Positions 1-36,200 of a stretch of DNA of 64,000 nucleotides are shown here, one piece after another. Numbering within the stretch: position 1 is the first letter of the stretch; each line of letters starts with the position of its first letter. Source of the stretch: Nitrospirales bacterium (lineage in GTDB: Bacteria; Nitrospirota; Nitrospiria; Nitrospirales; UBA8639); assembly GCA_965203295.1 (NCBI GenBank), contig CBDBCZ010000013.1, positions 480,001 to 544,000 on the forward strand, in the 5' to 3' direction. The translations under genes and the position numbers were made by a program. The notes under the pieces are model-generated. The model was not told the origin of the DNA. It did not search any database and worked only from the letters and a program-made list of their open reading frames with translations.

Positions 1-404
1 AGGGGGAAGCTCCCTACCCCCACCCCCACTCCCAAACAAAAGCTTCCCCACCCAAAAAGATAGCTACATATCAAGCAATTTTATAGACTTAAGAAAGACG
101 GTAAACAGACAATTTAGTGTGTGTGTGTATACATACAGTATAAAAAATATTTCTTTCTGAGGGCAGTGGGTTAGCTAATGGCTTCAAGGCCATCATTAAA
201 GAGTTGACATGGTCCTTCTATGCATACATTCAAGGTTAGTGTCCTCTAACAGCTTTCTAGCTAGTGACGTTCCTCTCTACAGTAGCCTCAGAAACCCCCC
301 ACTCCCATCCAATAAAAATGAATCTGGATGAAACGCTTGCAATAATGTACACATAGCTATATAGACAGCTAAGGTAAAGCGGTGCTATTCCAACAGAATT
401 TTCA

Positions 405-2397
405 CCCCGGGGGTAATCCGGACATTGGATTGTAGATCCAGTTTCACAGGAGTTGCAAAGCTGAAAACCGCTCTGCATAAAGCTGTCCTATTGACCTATA
501 CTGAGTCATAAAATCATCGCCTAACTCCACAGTGCGCTGGAGATTAAGCGCAACTGTCGGGAATACTCCGCCATCGGAATAGCCCCGCCATCTTATATTA
601 CGTATCCATGCACTATTCGCTTACTCCTACGTCTGGCTTGTGTACCGATCCTTTCCTTTAGATATACCTGATTACACTTGGATAACAGAGAACCAATCAA
701 ACCAGCCGGAAAAAAAATTACAGTAGCTACAACTGTATTCACTATAGACACGCCTACCATGTGACGTCAGTGCGCCTCGCTCTAGTCTTCGCGACAGCCG
801 GACTTCTCCTTTGCATGCAGGATTTTGTAGCCATGAAAAGGACAAAAGCTACCTCTATCTCTAACGTTCTGGACAACCAGAATTAAAAAGCACTAGGTCA
901 CTACCAAAATGGATATGGATAATTGATTGTCCAATGGCCGAGCCACTACTTAACTCTGGCTTCAAGGCATCCTATATACAGCTAGCGCCATGGATGCGTG
1001 TATCACTCTATGACGAACAAAAATGAGGTATTACTGTATAGACGCATACCACAAAATTGAAGGCTAGAGCACCAAATTCTGATTTACCTGAGTTGCAAAG
1101 TTTATATACATGTATGCATAACAATTATCTGATTTCCTTTAAATTATCATTCTCTTGCTCAGGCCATAAAATCAGGTGATAGAGTAGCCTATTCAATTCA
1201 TACTTTGTGCATTTTGGTCCTTTGGGAAGAATCCCAACATGAACATTCATATACGCCAAACAAGGCCTGCACATGCTTGTTTAAATAATCACAGCAAACG
1301 TCTAAGCATCAACATCCTTATGAATATAATCATGGATGTATTTTGCACTATCCCTAAAATAGCTTGCTAGAGTCAGTTAAGCTATATAGGCAAAACCCGG
1401 GGGTAATCCGGACATTGGATTGTAGATCCAGTTTCACAGGAGTTGCAAAGCTGAAAACCGCTCTGCATAAAGCTGTCCTATTGACCTATACTGAGTCATA
1501 AAATCGCCTAACTCCACAGTGCGCTGCATGGAGATTAAGCGCAACTGTCGGGAATACTCCGCCATCGGAATAGCCCCGCCATCTTATATTATCCCTGCAC
1601 TATTCGCTTACCCCTACGTCTGGCTTGTGTACCGATCCTTTCCTTTTAGATATACCTGATTACACTTGGATAACAGAGAACCAATCAAACCAGCCGGAAA
1701 AAAAATTACAGTTGCTACAACTGTATTCACTATAGACACGCCTACCATGTGACGTCAGTGCGCCTCGCTCTAGTCTTCGCGGCAATCGCCGGCAAATTCC
1801 GCAATCTTGGTAGCCGGACTTCTCCTTTGCATGCAGGATTTTGTAGCCATGAAAAGGATAAAAGCTACCTCTATCTCTAACGTTCTGGACAACCAGAAAG
1901 CACTAGGTCACTACCAAATGGATATGGATAATTGATTGTCCAATGGCCGAGCCACCACTTGACTCTGGCTTCAAGGCATCCTATATACAGCTAGCACCAT
2001 GGATGCGTGTATCATTCTATGACGAACAAAAATGAGGTATTACTGTATAGACGCATACCACAAAATTGAAGGCTAGAGCACCAAATTCTGATTTACCTGA
2101 GTTGCAAAGTTAATATACATGTATGCATAACAATTATCTGATTTCCTTTAAATTATCATTCTCTTGCTCAGGCCATAAAATCAGGTGATAGAGTAGCCTA
2201 TTCAATTCATACTTTGTGCATTTTGGTCCTTTGGGAAGAATCCCAACATGAACATTCATATACGCCAAACAAGGCCTGCACATGCTTGTTTAAATAATCA
2301 CAGCAAACGTCTAAGCATCAACATCCTTATGAATATAATCATGGATGTATCCCTAAAATAGCTTGCTAGAGTCAGTTAAGCTATATAGGCAAAACCC
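405..2397. repeat. ~1-kb direct tandem duplication (405-1393 / 1395-2397)
   Basis: Both copies begin CCCGGGGGTAATCCGGACATTGG and end GCTATATAGGCAAAACCC; they differ by a few substitutions and indels (extra ~28 bp at ~1782-1810). Confidence 0.92.
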
Positions 2398-4111
2398 CTA
2401 ACCTTTAATAAGCCTCAAACAGGTGATGTGTTCATTGAAAACGAAAGAGTGATAAAGTAGAAATGTGAAGCCACCAGATGAGTGATGGGTACACACTAAT
2501 AGTATTAGTCGCATGACTGTAGCAGAGGCTCATACTGTGATGGAGAGACAGGCTCATTGACTGTTTAGCCGTGAATAGTAGCCCTAGATCTATTACATCG
2601 GAAGACAATATATATCATGCAACGTTGGGTAGAGGATGACATGTCCACCATCTATAACCTCTTTCCTGGCTCTACCACATCACTATGCATGGGTCTCTCA
2701 ATCAGACTATATATGCATGTGTAACGATATTCATAAAATCTAGCAACTTCTGATAATAGAAAATATTCTCCGTGAGTGACCAGTAACTTGTTTATATAAT
2801 TATGTAATTGCAAGCGAAGACTGTAATAATATTATGCAACCATGCAGGGCAAAACACGCTTTTTACAGTCACTTAAACAAGTACATGCTAAACTACCATG
2901 CATCTCTTTAATGTGTGTTTATCTTGTGTTACAGTATAGGATACTCTATTTCAGTGGAAAGTGCAAGTCTATGTCCTGTTATATTATCTCGGCAGTATTA
3001 ATTTGGTTGTGCTATTTATTCTGCAATAATCTGATGTTACTATTATTGTTTTCTCAATTAATAAATTCGAAGCAATGCAATCATGTGACCTAGGTCATAC
3101 TATGTATGATTGTATGGTAATTTTGTGACTTCAACTCCCTTAACACATCAGGTTAACTGCAATATTTCACGTAGTGCACTCGGGACGGTACTTTAACTTA
3201 TATCCAACTCAGTTAACTGTGCATCAGAACAATGTTCATTCGGCGTGGTAAATCTTTTGCATGCCTATAGTGATCACTGTTGCTGTGCTCATTGGATTCG
3301 AAACTCTACTGCAATCATAATTATTGAATATTCACATGGTTCTATTTTAAAAGGGAAGTAATAGTTGACTACATTATATAGCATTATGGATTCTTCCAGG
3401 AACTGTTATAGAATAATGTGATGGAAAATATATATCATTTTAATGACATCGTTTACAACGGCGTCTCAAAGGCTTGAAGTGTACAGATTGAAAGCAACAA
3501 CTCAGGGGAAAGACTCAAACTACAACTTTTAAATCTGTAACAAGGGGTTTCAATTAAAAATGTGTGGCCAATACACCATCCTCATTCTGCTGCCAGCGCT
3601 GCATGTCTTGGATATTACAACAATGAGAAGCTGACTTTTAATTGAGGCTTCAGTCTAGGAGATGAAGGAGATGATCTATTAATAATTGTCGAGACATATA
3701 AAAGTGGACCAGGAGTGAACAAATGATTGTAGAAGGCTCCACTCACAACAGACATGTGGACAGGACGTCCCCCAGGAATCATGGTCCTAGGACTGGCTGT
3801 CCCCCCCTCTCCCTTTCCCCCCACCCCCCACAGCATAATCTTTACAGTGAAGTTTTGTTTAAAATCTGTAAGATGGCTTTAGGGTATGGTGAACAACATG
3901 CACATGACACAATGATAATACAAGTCCTTATGAATACAAACTCTACCACTGACATATCGAAATTAAAATGATGCACACAAATAATACTTCCTTCTTGTGT
4001 AGTACAATTCCTTAACAGGCACTAACTACGAATGTGGAATGAGATATAGGTCCAATTCTAGCTACTAACTCCAGCATTGGTCATGAGCTACTTGCATTGT
4101 CAGTATAATTT

Positions 4112-13239
<9,128 letters not shown>

Positions 13240-15197
13240 GGCTGCAGACCGACCAGACACTGGCACAGGATGATAGATCTACTTTGAGAATGGCCAACAA
13301 TTCAGCAATCAAGACTGATTCAGAAGACAAGTGGTAAATTAGCTCACATCAAAAAAGAATTGGTTATCTCAGTTGCTACTTCAATACTAAACAATGCTTC
13401 ACTACTATTATAATACTCCAATTTCAGATAAATACTGAAGTGAAGTCATACAGGTAACTATAACAATTGTAGGAATGCTAGCGCTAGAAGTGCAGCTGCA
13501 CTGTACTAACCCCTTAATTATTGAAGGCACAATACAAGTACTGCTGCACTCTAAACATTTTCAAGTGTGTAAGATTGATCTGCTTGTAAACACTTGTACT
13601 GTTTTGTAGTGAGCTGGCAACTGCTAGCTGGCTTATAGCAAAACACTTGTTTAGGCAGTGTACCAATTTGTACTGCAGGAAGCCATTATCATGGGAATTT
13701 GAAACCTAGTTCATAATATTAACTTCCCAACAGCTGCTCTTGCCAAATACCATAAACAGTAATACTATAGTGCTCATATTCCCATCAAAATTGGCTTCCT
13801 GCAGTATAACCTGCATAGTTTGGTAGTACAGCTGCAACTGTCTAGCAGGTTTCAAGCAAGCCTTTTTATTTTTATAGTTAGAGTAACTATGCCAAGTTAG
13901 CTATATAACACTCACGCCACACAGAGTAGCCAGCTTCAGAGGAATCAGAAAGACATTAAGGAAGCCAATGTACATAACGTATATTGGCCAGCACACTTAA
14001 CTAGCTGTACCAGCTCAAACTTGGAAAAGTGCTCAAGCACAGTGCAGCCCTGTATGTCGTCTATGTTGCGATGACATCACAAAGTTTCAACAATCATGAA
14101 CGTGTACCTAGATAGGAAAAACAAACAAAGAAGTGCAAGTGCCGTATACATAATACAGCATTTGTGCAATCAAGAATAGCTACAAAAGTGAGCAGGTTGC
14201 AAAAGATTTGGGATCCCACCCCGCTATGTAAGCCTCATTACCACCTAATCTACAATACACTGCAATCGAAGCAAACTCAAATTGCCAGTAGCCTATAACA
14301 CCATGTAGTAATTATTGTTTATACACACAATAAGGTCAAGGAAAAGTTATAGGTCATTCTATATAATCAAATAACAATTTGCTGACAACCCATTCATCAA
14401 TGCTGAGTTCATTACCATGCACAATCACAGTCCCAAAGATACAATGGCTCATCGTAAAACTGCTAGTAATTTAAAAGTGTGTTGATACCACATATTTTGC
14501 AGTCTCAGAAATGCTCCACTGCCCAATTACAGTTGAGTATGCACATGCATTTACAGGTACCATGACTGATTATTGAACATCAGCCCCAGTTGTGTAGAGT
14601 CAAGAGGTTACTGAGTAGCTACATGTAAATTGTACTGTTTACCCCGAAAATCTGGCCTTATAGCTATTATAATAAGTGTACTAATTTTGGCCTGCCGTAC
14701 TATATCATTCACACCGACTTTCATTATGCAGCCTCAGGGTGAGAAGGGGGCAAGTTATATAAATGCTGTCTTACATTAAACTTCTACTTCACATAGAGTT
14801 AGAGACCTGGACCAGTTGGTCAATTCGTGCATATGTAGCCCCCAGACCCCCCCAAAACTGGCTGTCACATGTCAGGATAGAATTTCCCCCCTCACTGCAT
14901 AACCTTCAAAGTGAAAGTTTGGTTGTGCAAGATGACCTCAGGGTGCATGTGGTGAACTACAAGTTCTATACTAATAATACAGGTTATTATAAATACAAAA
15001 CTCTACCATGGACATATCCAAAGTAAAATGATGTACGCAAATGAATCTAACTTCCTCCTTGTATAGTGCAGTTTTTTTAATTAATAGATTTGAAAATTCA
15101 AAAGGCACTAACTACGAATGTGGAATGAGATGGGTCCAAGTCTATAGCTACGAACACTAGCATTGGTCATGAGCTACTTGTATCATCAGTATATTCA

Positions 15198-28332
<13,135 letters not shown>

Positions 28333-28933
28333 GGCTGCAGACCGACCAGACACTGGCACAGGATGATAGATGAATGACCAACAATTCAACAATCAAGACA
28401 ATCAAACAATGAAGACTGAAGTCAAGCAGTAGAAATAGCACTGTCAAAAAAGAATGTTTTGGCCCAGTTTAGGTAATATGAATTGCAAGTACAATACAGC
28501 CAATAACCTAAGTAGTAGATAACACTACTAACTGTTTATACTCTGAATATATGATTCCTTGAAGTTTTATGAGTGGTATATATATAACTTGGTTGATTTC
28601 AAAGTGTTACAAGTACCTTTCCAAGGATTCAGCTGCTCTTGTCAAATACCATAATAATAAGCAAAACATAGTTCTCAAATTATTGGCATAGTTTGGTAGT
28701 GCAGCTGTAACTGAGATAACCCTAGCTGGATTAACACGACCCCTTTCATTTTTGTAGTGAGAGCAACTATGCCAAGCTAGCTATACAACACTGACACCGC
28801 ACAGCACAACTATAAGTACAGCTAGCTACTTTTAGTTGTGCTTCAGCATAGCTTATTAGTGTGTACATGTAGGTACACAATTCTTACTTGCATGCTTGCT
28901 ATATCTCCTACATAGTTGCTTTGGATTGTGTCA

Positions 28934-30700
28934 CACTGTTAAAAAAGGGGTGTTAACCAAACACCTTTAGGGGCGCTATAGTCGCTGTGAACACCAAGCT
29001 CCCCATGGGTTCTATGTTACACCTTAAACGGTGGTTTGTTAAACCCTAAACGGTGGTATGTTACACCTTAAATGGTGGTATACCACCCTCATGCAGTGTT
29101 TAACATACACCCCCAGAGTTTAGGTGTATTTCTGCACTCCCATAATAATAAAACACTCACAAGTAGCCATTGTGGAATAAACGCAATACAAATTTAATTG
29201 GTGACAACAAAATTGTACAATACAGCATAATATCAATGTTCAGGTTATTGAAATACAAAAAACACTAATAATTCACTGCAAAAATAAGTGGTTGGTTTTA
29301 ACCCACATAAGGTCACCTCAGTTGCAGCCCCACTACTCGCGTGCAGTGCAATAAGATTACTTTCCTCACTAGGCCAAGCTAGATCAGCTTTCTTAGGTGC
29401 ATGGGATAGAAATGGATTGGTACAAAATATGCGTTGCTAATGGTCTTTCCTTCCTTTAGAAATTGGAGCCTAAATAGGGTGGTAAAGTGATCCACTTGTT
29501 TACATTGTTTTGTACATGTACACTGCAACTGAGATATCCCTAGCTGGTTTAAAGCAACCTTTTAGGTTTTGCAGTGCGTATTTCCTTAATTATAGGAGCC
29601 ATAAAGGTATTATGTTGGGCAAATAATGTAATTGAGCTGCCTGTATGCACATTTTTTGGTAGTGAACTTGCAACTGCGATACCCCCAGCTGAATTAAAGT
29701 GACTCTTTTGTTTTTGCAGTGTAGTAGTTCGTGACTTCATGCATTCTTTACTTGCGCTTGTAAGATTGAAGTTCCTTCTGCCACAATGAAACAGCATGGC
29801 TTGTGAGAGTTCCTTCAGCCACCAGCAGTGCATGGTTGTGGCTGCTGTCACTCAGCAGCATCTACTTAGAGATCACAAATTTCCTGCATAGAACAATGTA
29901 GAATGTATGCACATAACAGCATGCAGACTTAGTGCTATGCATGCATGGACAAAATGATCAATAGTGGAAGTACTTACCCGGCATAAAGTCAACCACATTC
30001 TTGAACGTGGTCACACAGCATAGAGTGCCAAGTACTGCAAGGGTGAGAGTAAGTGAACTCCAGTTCAGTACAATTGGGTGAAGCTTACCCCCCCCCCCCC
30101 CCCCCAACTAGGTGAAATAAAGTCTTCTCAAAACCATAGCTAGTCTATGTGTGAAACCAGTCCTACACGTACCTCTACAGTATACAGGATTAGTGTAGTT
30201 TAATCCTCCCAAGAGATGCTATTGTAAGCTAGCTAGATTATGTATCACCCACACAGTTAGGGGAGAGAGGCCACAGCTCATCCTTTCCAGTTCTTCCATC
30301 ATGGTATAGCTAGTTTCTGCAAACAGCTTTCTTTGCTGACCTGTATGGAACAAATGTTTCATAGTACTTTGCTTTGCAGTTACATGTACAGTACATAAAT
30401 ATGTGTTATAGCTATCTCAGTTTCACTTACCTTTAGTAGGTCATCTTGGTTGGTGATGGCTCAAACACTTGTGGAAAAGCTCTTGAAACAATTCCAGCAG
30501 GACTTGTCAATGTTAAGCAATAGTAACTATAACTTAACTGCAGCTAGCAATGAGTGGTAGCAGTAACTTTGTCAATTTTTGAAAAATTCACATTCCAACT
30601 ACAGGTGACAATAGCACGTATGCATTCTCTTTTCAAAGGGTCAACATTACATCATACAATACTGTACTTTGCCATCTCTTACTGCAAGTTTCCCAGGCAG
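28934..30700. mobile_element. Decayed relative of the CACTGTTAAAA element (inverted), containing nested CACTG element 29274-29721
   Basis: Starts CACTGTTAAAAAAGGGGTG; patches are reverse-complement homologous to 24640-25300; right terminus not found. Confidence 0.55.
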
Positions 30701-30859
30701 GACCTTAAGAAATTTCCAGTAGGGATGCATTACTCGCCTTCGACTTAGCTGTTGTACTTATAATAGTTGTGGGTGAGAGTGGGTAAATAATTAATAACTC
30801 CCATTCAATACAATTTTGTTACCACATTTAACGTACCCTTGAAGTCTACTATTAAAAAG

Positions 30860-32030
30860 CAGTTCACTAGCGTATAGTCCTACCTCCATCCAAATAACCA
30901 GGACTAGTGTTTCAATCCTCCCCTGAATGCTGATGGTTGAAGATGAGAGTGGGTGCACTTTCAATATCTCTTTTTCGATACAGCTTCGATGTTAATTGAT
31001 AGCTCAACTGATAAGGTGTCTAATACAAACTAGTTCACTAGACCAAGTCCTACCTCCATCCCAATAAACAGGATTAGTAGTTCAACCCTCCCCTGAATGC
31101 TGGGTGTGGGTGTGAGTGGGTGAACAGTCATGACAATAACTCCTTTTCGATACAATTTCGTTAGCTTATCGAAGGTCACACCCCCCTGATAGGTGGAAGT
31201 AAACTCAAAACTAGTTCACTAGTCCTACCTCCATCCCAATAAACAAGAGAAGTAGTTCAACCCTCCCCTGAATGCTGTTGTATTGATGGTTGTGGGTGAG
31301 AGTTGGTGAACAGTAAGTAACTCCTTTTCGGTACGATTTCGTTAGCTTAATTAAGTGACACCCCCCCTGATAGGTGGAAGTGAACTCAAAACCAGTTCAC
31401 TAGTCCTACCTCCATCCCAATAAACAGGAGAAGTAGTTCAACCCTCCTTTGAATGCTGTTGTAGTGATGGTTGTGGGTGAGAGTTAGTGAATTAACAGTC
31501 AATAACTCCTTTTCGGTACGATTTCGTTAGCTTATAGAAGGTCACACCCCCCTGATAGGTGGAAGTGAACTCAAAACTAGTTCACTAGTCCTACTTCCTT
31601 CCCAATAAACAGGAGAAGTAGTTCAACCCTCCCCTGAATGCTGTTGTATTGATGGTTGTGGGTGAGAGTTGGTGAACAGTAAATAACTCCTTTTCGGTAC
31701 GATTTCGTTAGCTTATAGAAGGCCACACCCCCCTGATAGGTGGAAGTGAACTCAAAACCAGTTCACTAGTCCTGCCTCCATCCCAATAAACAGGAGAAGT
31801 AGTTCAACCCTCCCCTGAATGGATGATTGTGGGTGAGAGTTGGTGAAGAGTAAATAACTCCTTTTCGGTACGATTTCGTTAGCTTATAGAAGGTAACACC
31901 TCACTGATAGGTGGAAGTGAACTCAAAACTAGTTCACTAGTCTACCTCCATCTCAATAAGCAGGAGAAGTAGTTCAACCTTCCCCTGAATGGTGTTGTAG
32001 TGATGGTTGTGGGTGAGAGTTGGTGAACAC
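30860..32030. repeat. ~180-bp tandem repeat array, about 6.5 units
   Basis: Unit AACTCAAAACTAGTTCACTAGTCCTACCTCCATCCCAATAAACAGG...GATAGGTGGAAGTG recurs at ~31202, 31383, 31568, 31749 and 31920, with degenerate copies to the left. Confidence 0.92.
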
Positions 32031-33219
32031 AGCCAGTAGTACGTTGTAATTCTGATTAGTGAGTAAGTCTTATGTCGGTATTCCAGTGCTTGAAAGCCAC
32101 ACCTACTAACACCTTCAATCCCCAAAAAACACCTGCATGTCTCCTAAATATTGGGATAGGGTTAAAAACATAAGTGAAGGAGTCTCCTTGTGAACCTAGT
32201 GGTCTAAAGGGCCTAGATTGTTTTCCTAGAATAACAAGGACAAATGGATGAAACTAGTATTCGCTCGCTCGTCAACATGAGTTCTTCAGGGGAAATAATG
32301 ATCAGTGCTATTTTCTGACTATTGGATCTAGTTGTAATCATATGGTATGGTTTGCCTTGAATATCTCACATTTCAGTTCCACAAGACCAGAGTTGTGACT
32401 ATGATTAATTATTTCAGTGCATGTGCAAGACTTGCTCTCAAGTTTGAGAAAGGGAAAATCAATTTTGTTGGTCAGATCACTCTGGTTCTTGGCCCATCAA
32501 TTATTGTAAATACTTGTAACAATACACAGCATTATTTATAACCACACCCCTAACCACAGATCTGCTTTAACGCAGCACATGGCTGAAGCTAGATGAGTGC
32601 AGTACATGGTGAGGTGAAGTCTAAGGTTATTGAAGCTATAGAGCAAGAGCAACTAAATGTTTCACCACTACCATCCTGATCGCCATGTCTGATGCACTGA
32701 CAGATGCTACAAGAACTTGAAAGTTCCATTATTATAGCTGCTCGTGTAGTGTTGTTTTAGTACAGTTCCATATGAATAGGATAAAACTAGAAGTCTCTAC
32801 ATACCTGCAGAATTCACAACTGGGACTGCAGACTTGGCTGTACAGCGGTAAATGCATCACGCTGTGATGTGTGGGCAGTCTGTGCACGCCTTCCGGTGTG
32901 CATTGTCACTTATTTCTTTGGTTTTTGGGGAAGTGTTTTTTGCTGGAAGTGCATCCCTACATGACTGGTTTTTGCACTTTTTGGAAAGTGCTTTTTCTGT
33001 AACTTGTTTTGTATATTACATGAACACTGGGCCACTGGCTGACTTCTCAAGTCATTCACAGACAAGACAACTATTGAACAGCTATAACACACAATTACAT
33101 GATGGCAATAATGCCAGATATATATATATGATAGATTGCAGTAGAATGAATATTACACACATCCCGAGTTGTGTGTGCACTGAATGTCAATAGGATCCCG
33201 AGTCCCACAGGATATATAA

Positions 33220-36200
33220 TTATAAATCTTCCTCTCCACTCTCCTCCTCATGAACAAACTTAGTCCATCGCGAAGAAGACTGAGCACCAACATCAGTCAG
33301 GTCCGTTCGCGAGTATCTACTAATATCCTTCCGAATGATTGCCATTTGCTGCTTGTGAGTGGGAGAAAGTTTCGAGAGGTTTTGCATGGACTGTGAGATG
33401 GCTTGGTCTTCCTGGTAGACGAAGGTATCGCCATCCAATCTCGTGTACCTCTCTGACGTCTGGGTAGAGTTGAGCATGTAGCAGGACCTGGATGTCGTCA
33501 GTCTCCCCGGCTGGCCGTCCAGTAGCACCTCCATCTTTCGACTGACGCTGGAGTATGGGTACACCACCTCCACTCCCTTGTTGATCTTGGAACTCGAGCT
33601 CCTGGTAGGGAGGTGAGTCCGGGCCGACTTTGAGACGGGGTAGACGTCAGAGCTCCTCCTGTTTGAGAGAGAGTGGGGACCGTGACTGAAACATAATCTG
33701 CCGGATGGTTTGCTAGTCACTAGGCCACATTTACAGTAGAAAAAACATTGTGCATTTAATTAGAAAGCAGTTTGGATCTGCATTAATACTGTCCACACGC
33801 TTACGAGGAAGCCAGTTTTGCGCATCGTATAAATTCATCCACCGATTCACGTCAGTTGATTCATCCGCTGATTCATCCCTAGGGTTAGGGCTAGGGTTAG
33901 GGTTCGAGAGGGTTAAGGTTAGGGCTAGGGTTAGGGTTGGGGTTAGGGTTAGGGCTAGGGTTAGGGTTAGGGTTAGGGTGAGGGAGGGTGAGGGCTAGGG
34001 TTTGGGTTAGATTGAATGAATCGGCGGATTCGTCCTTAGGGTTAGGGCTAGGATTAGGGTTTAGGAGGGTTAATTAAGATTAGGGTTAGGATTAGGGGTA
34101 AGGGTTTGAGTTAGATTGAATGAATTGGCGAACGCAAATCGGCAGATAATTTAAGGCTGGTGTTTTGTGCCTAATTCAGTTTCTAACGTAATGCAAACCA
34201 CCTCCTGAAGTGGGCCGGTTTGAAGGTAAACCGATTCAGCATGTTTACACATGATCAATTTAGTTTTACACCGGATTTCTGAACCGGTTTAAATTAATAG
34301 AGTAAATGGGCTATTACTAGACTAAGTCTGATTCCCAGATGCCATCACCCCAGGACTGCAACAAAGAGGAACACCAAAGATGAACAGTAGGGTAGCAGAA
34401 AGTTCAGAGCAGAGTTGTCATCAGCAAAAGCATTATTCATGTTAGAGATCACACAGTGGCTCATTACAGCTTAGTCTCATGCCCAGCCCCACATTAGGAA
34501 GGTGGGTCTGTCTCCCCGTATATTCAAAGTTGGGGCAGCATTACGTCAGCGGTCCCAGATCTGGACCGGCAATGTGATTGGTTGATTATAGCATTATATC
34601 ACTAAACGGTTGCAGTATCCGGATATCGATACTAGCGGCCACATGGACACCATCCGTTTGGTGATGTAATATTTAATATGATGTAATACTAACCCAACTT
34701 TGAATATACGAGGAGCCAGACCCACCTTTCTAATGTGGGGCTGGGCACGAGACTAATTACAGTTGTGAACTGCCACTCTCAGCTTGCTGAGCACTACTGA
34801 GCAAGTCTCTAAAAAATGAGCCTGCACCATAATGATTAATACTGCTGAGAGTGAATCCAACCTTTACAGAGGGATGTGGACGAGAGACCCCACTACAGTG
34901 TAAATGAGGCATGAGGCATAGCTGGAAAATTTGGTGGAGAGCTATATTTGGCAAAACAGCATCCATCCCTCCAGCTGTAAATAAAGATTGGTTGAATTAA
35001 ATTTGGCGCTTGGTGATTGCGAAGCGAAGAAAAACATTATGTCAGATACTGAAGTACGTACATTATCTATCATTTTACACAAGACTACTCATACTCCATT
35101 GTCAGTAGAAGCACTGCAGTGAAAGACAGAGAGAGGTAACATCGATTTAAAGATCCCTACGCTGTGGCAGATAATATATGCGAAGGAACACTGTTGTTGG
35201 CCATGTCCCCAGAAAATTATCGACAGCTCGCTCGCTATTCCTCCAAGAGTCACTGCACTGTTTCCTGAGTTAGGTAGTCTTTAGTGGACTCGCCTAAAGG
35301 ACAGCTGGAAGTGTCATTAACAAAATATTGTCTGCAGTTTATTTTGTGTAAAATTAAATTCGAGGTGCTGTCGCTGATATCGCCAAACAGCCAAATTGAA
35401 TTCTCTGTCAAATGTTTCGGCTATACGGTATTATAACTGATAGTACTCAGCGTGGTTATTGGCACCTTCTCATTTCTGTTCTCTGTTTCTTATGAGCCTG
35501 GACAAACTCATCTCTGTCAGTGGTGTACGTTTCTTCACCGTCTGAATCCTGGAGGGATTAATACAAGATTACAGGGGCTGTAGAATTAATTCAGCCTCAT
35601 TCTCACACAAATTTCTCTGATAAATAAAAATCAATTGGGGAAGTTTGTGATCATCAGTGCCTAACCGACTTAATATTTCATTTTATAAGATGACACTGGT
35701 AAATAGGACAGTCCTTCTACTACATGCATAAAGCACAATTTTAGTAATTACAGGTAAAGGATAGGCAGGGTTTCATAAATGGAACAACAATCAAGGGGAA
35801 GACTAGCCACAAACCTAGGCATTCACCCACATTTCATCTGCAAGATGAAATCTGGGTGAAGAACGCCTGTAATCTTAATTACATCAGGACCCTTTAGGAT
35901 TTTCTTAGCATCAGCTAATGCACATTGAGATATAATACACATACATATCACCACTCCATCCCCCTTACATGTAACTAAAAGCCTGCACGGTATGGGTATA
36001 AAAGGCAAGTTATTGTAGCTAATGAGTGCTGGCTAAGTTAAGTGGATACTTCGATTTTCTAGTGGTTATTCGGCCAATTAGAATACTCCGGTTCTAATCA
36101 CAACACCCACTGACGCAGTCCACCTTTTTTTCAAATATTTTTTTGTTTCTCTTTCCATTGCAACTATCTAGCCAATCAAGCTTGCTCATTTCGGTTATGA

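Noticed and set aside
14150..14450. Possible decayed LINE 3' end on the + strand (KLKLPVA..)
   Set aside because: Too degenerate, with multiple stops and no diagnostic motif.
31200..32125. Minus-strand reading of the 180-bp repeat gives HFHL and LTKSYRKGVIYCSP, reminiscent of SNM1 metallo-beta-lactamases
   Set aside because: The motifs are in different frames with the wrong spacing and each unit has stops; probably coincidence.
33879..34112. Telomere or chromosome fusion site
   Set aside because: Short, degenerate, single orientation and enclosed in an inverted-repeat element within an intron.
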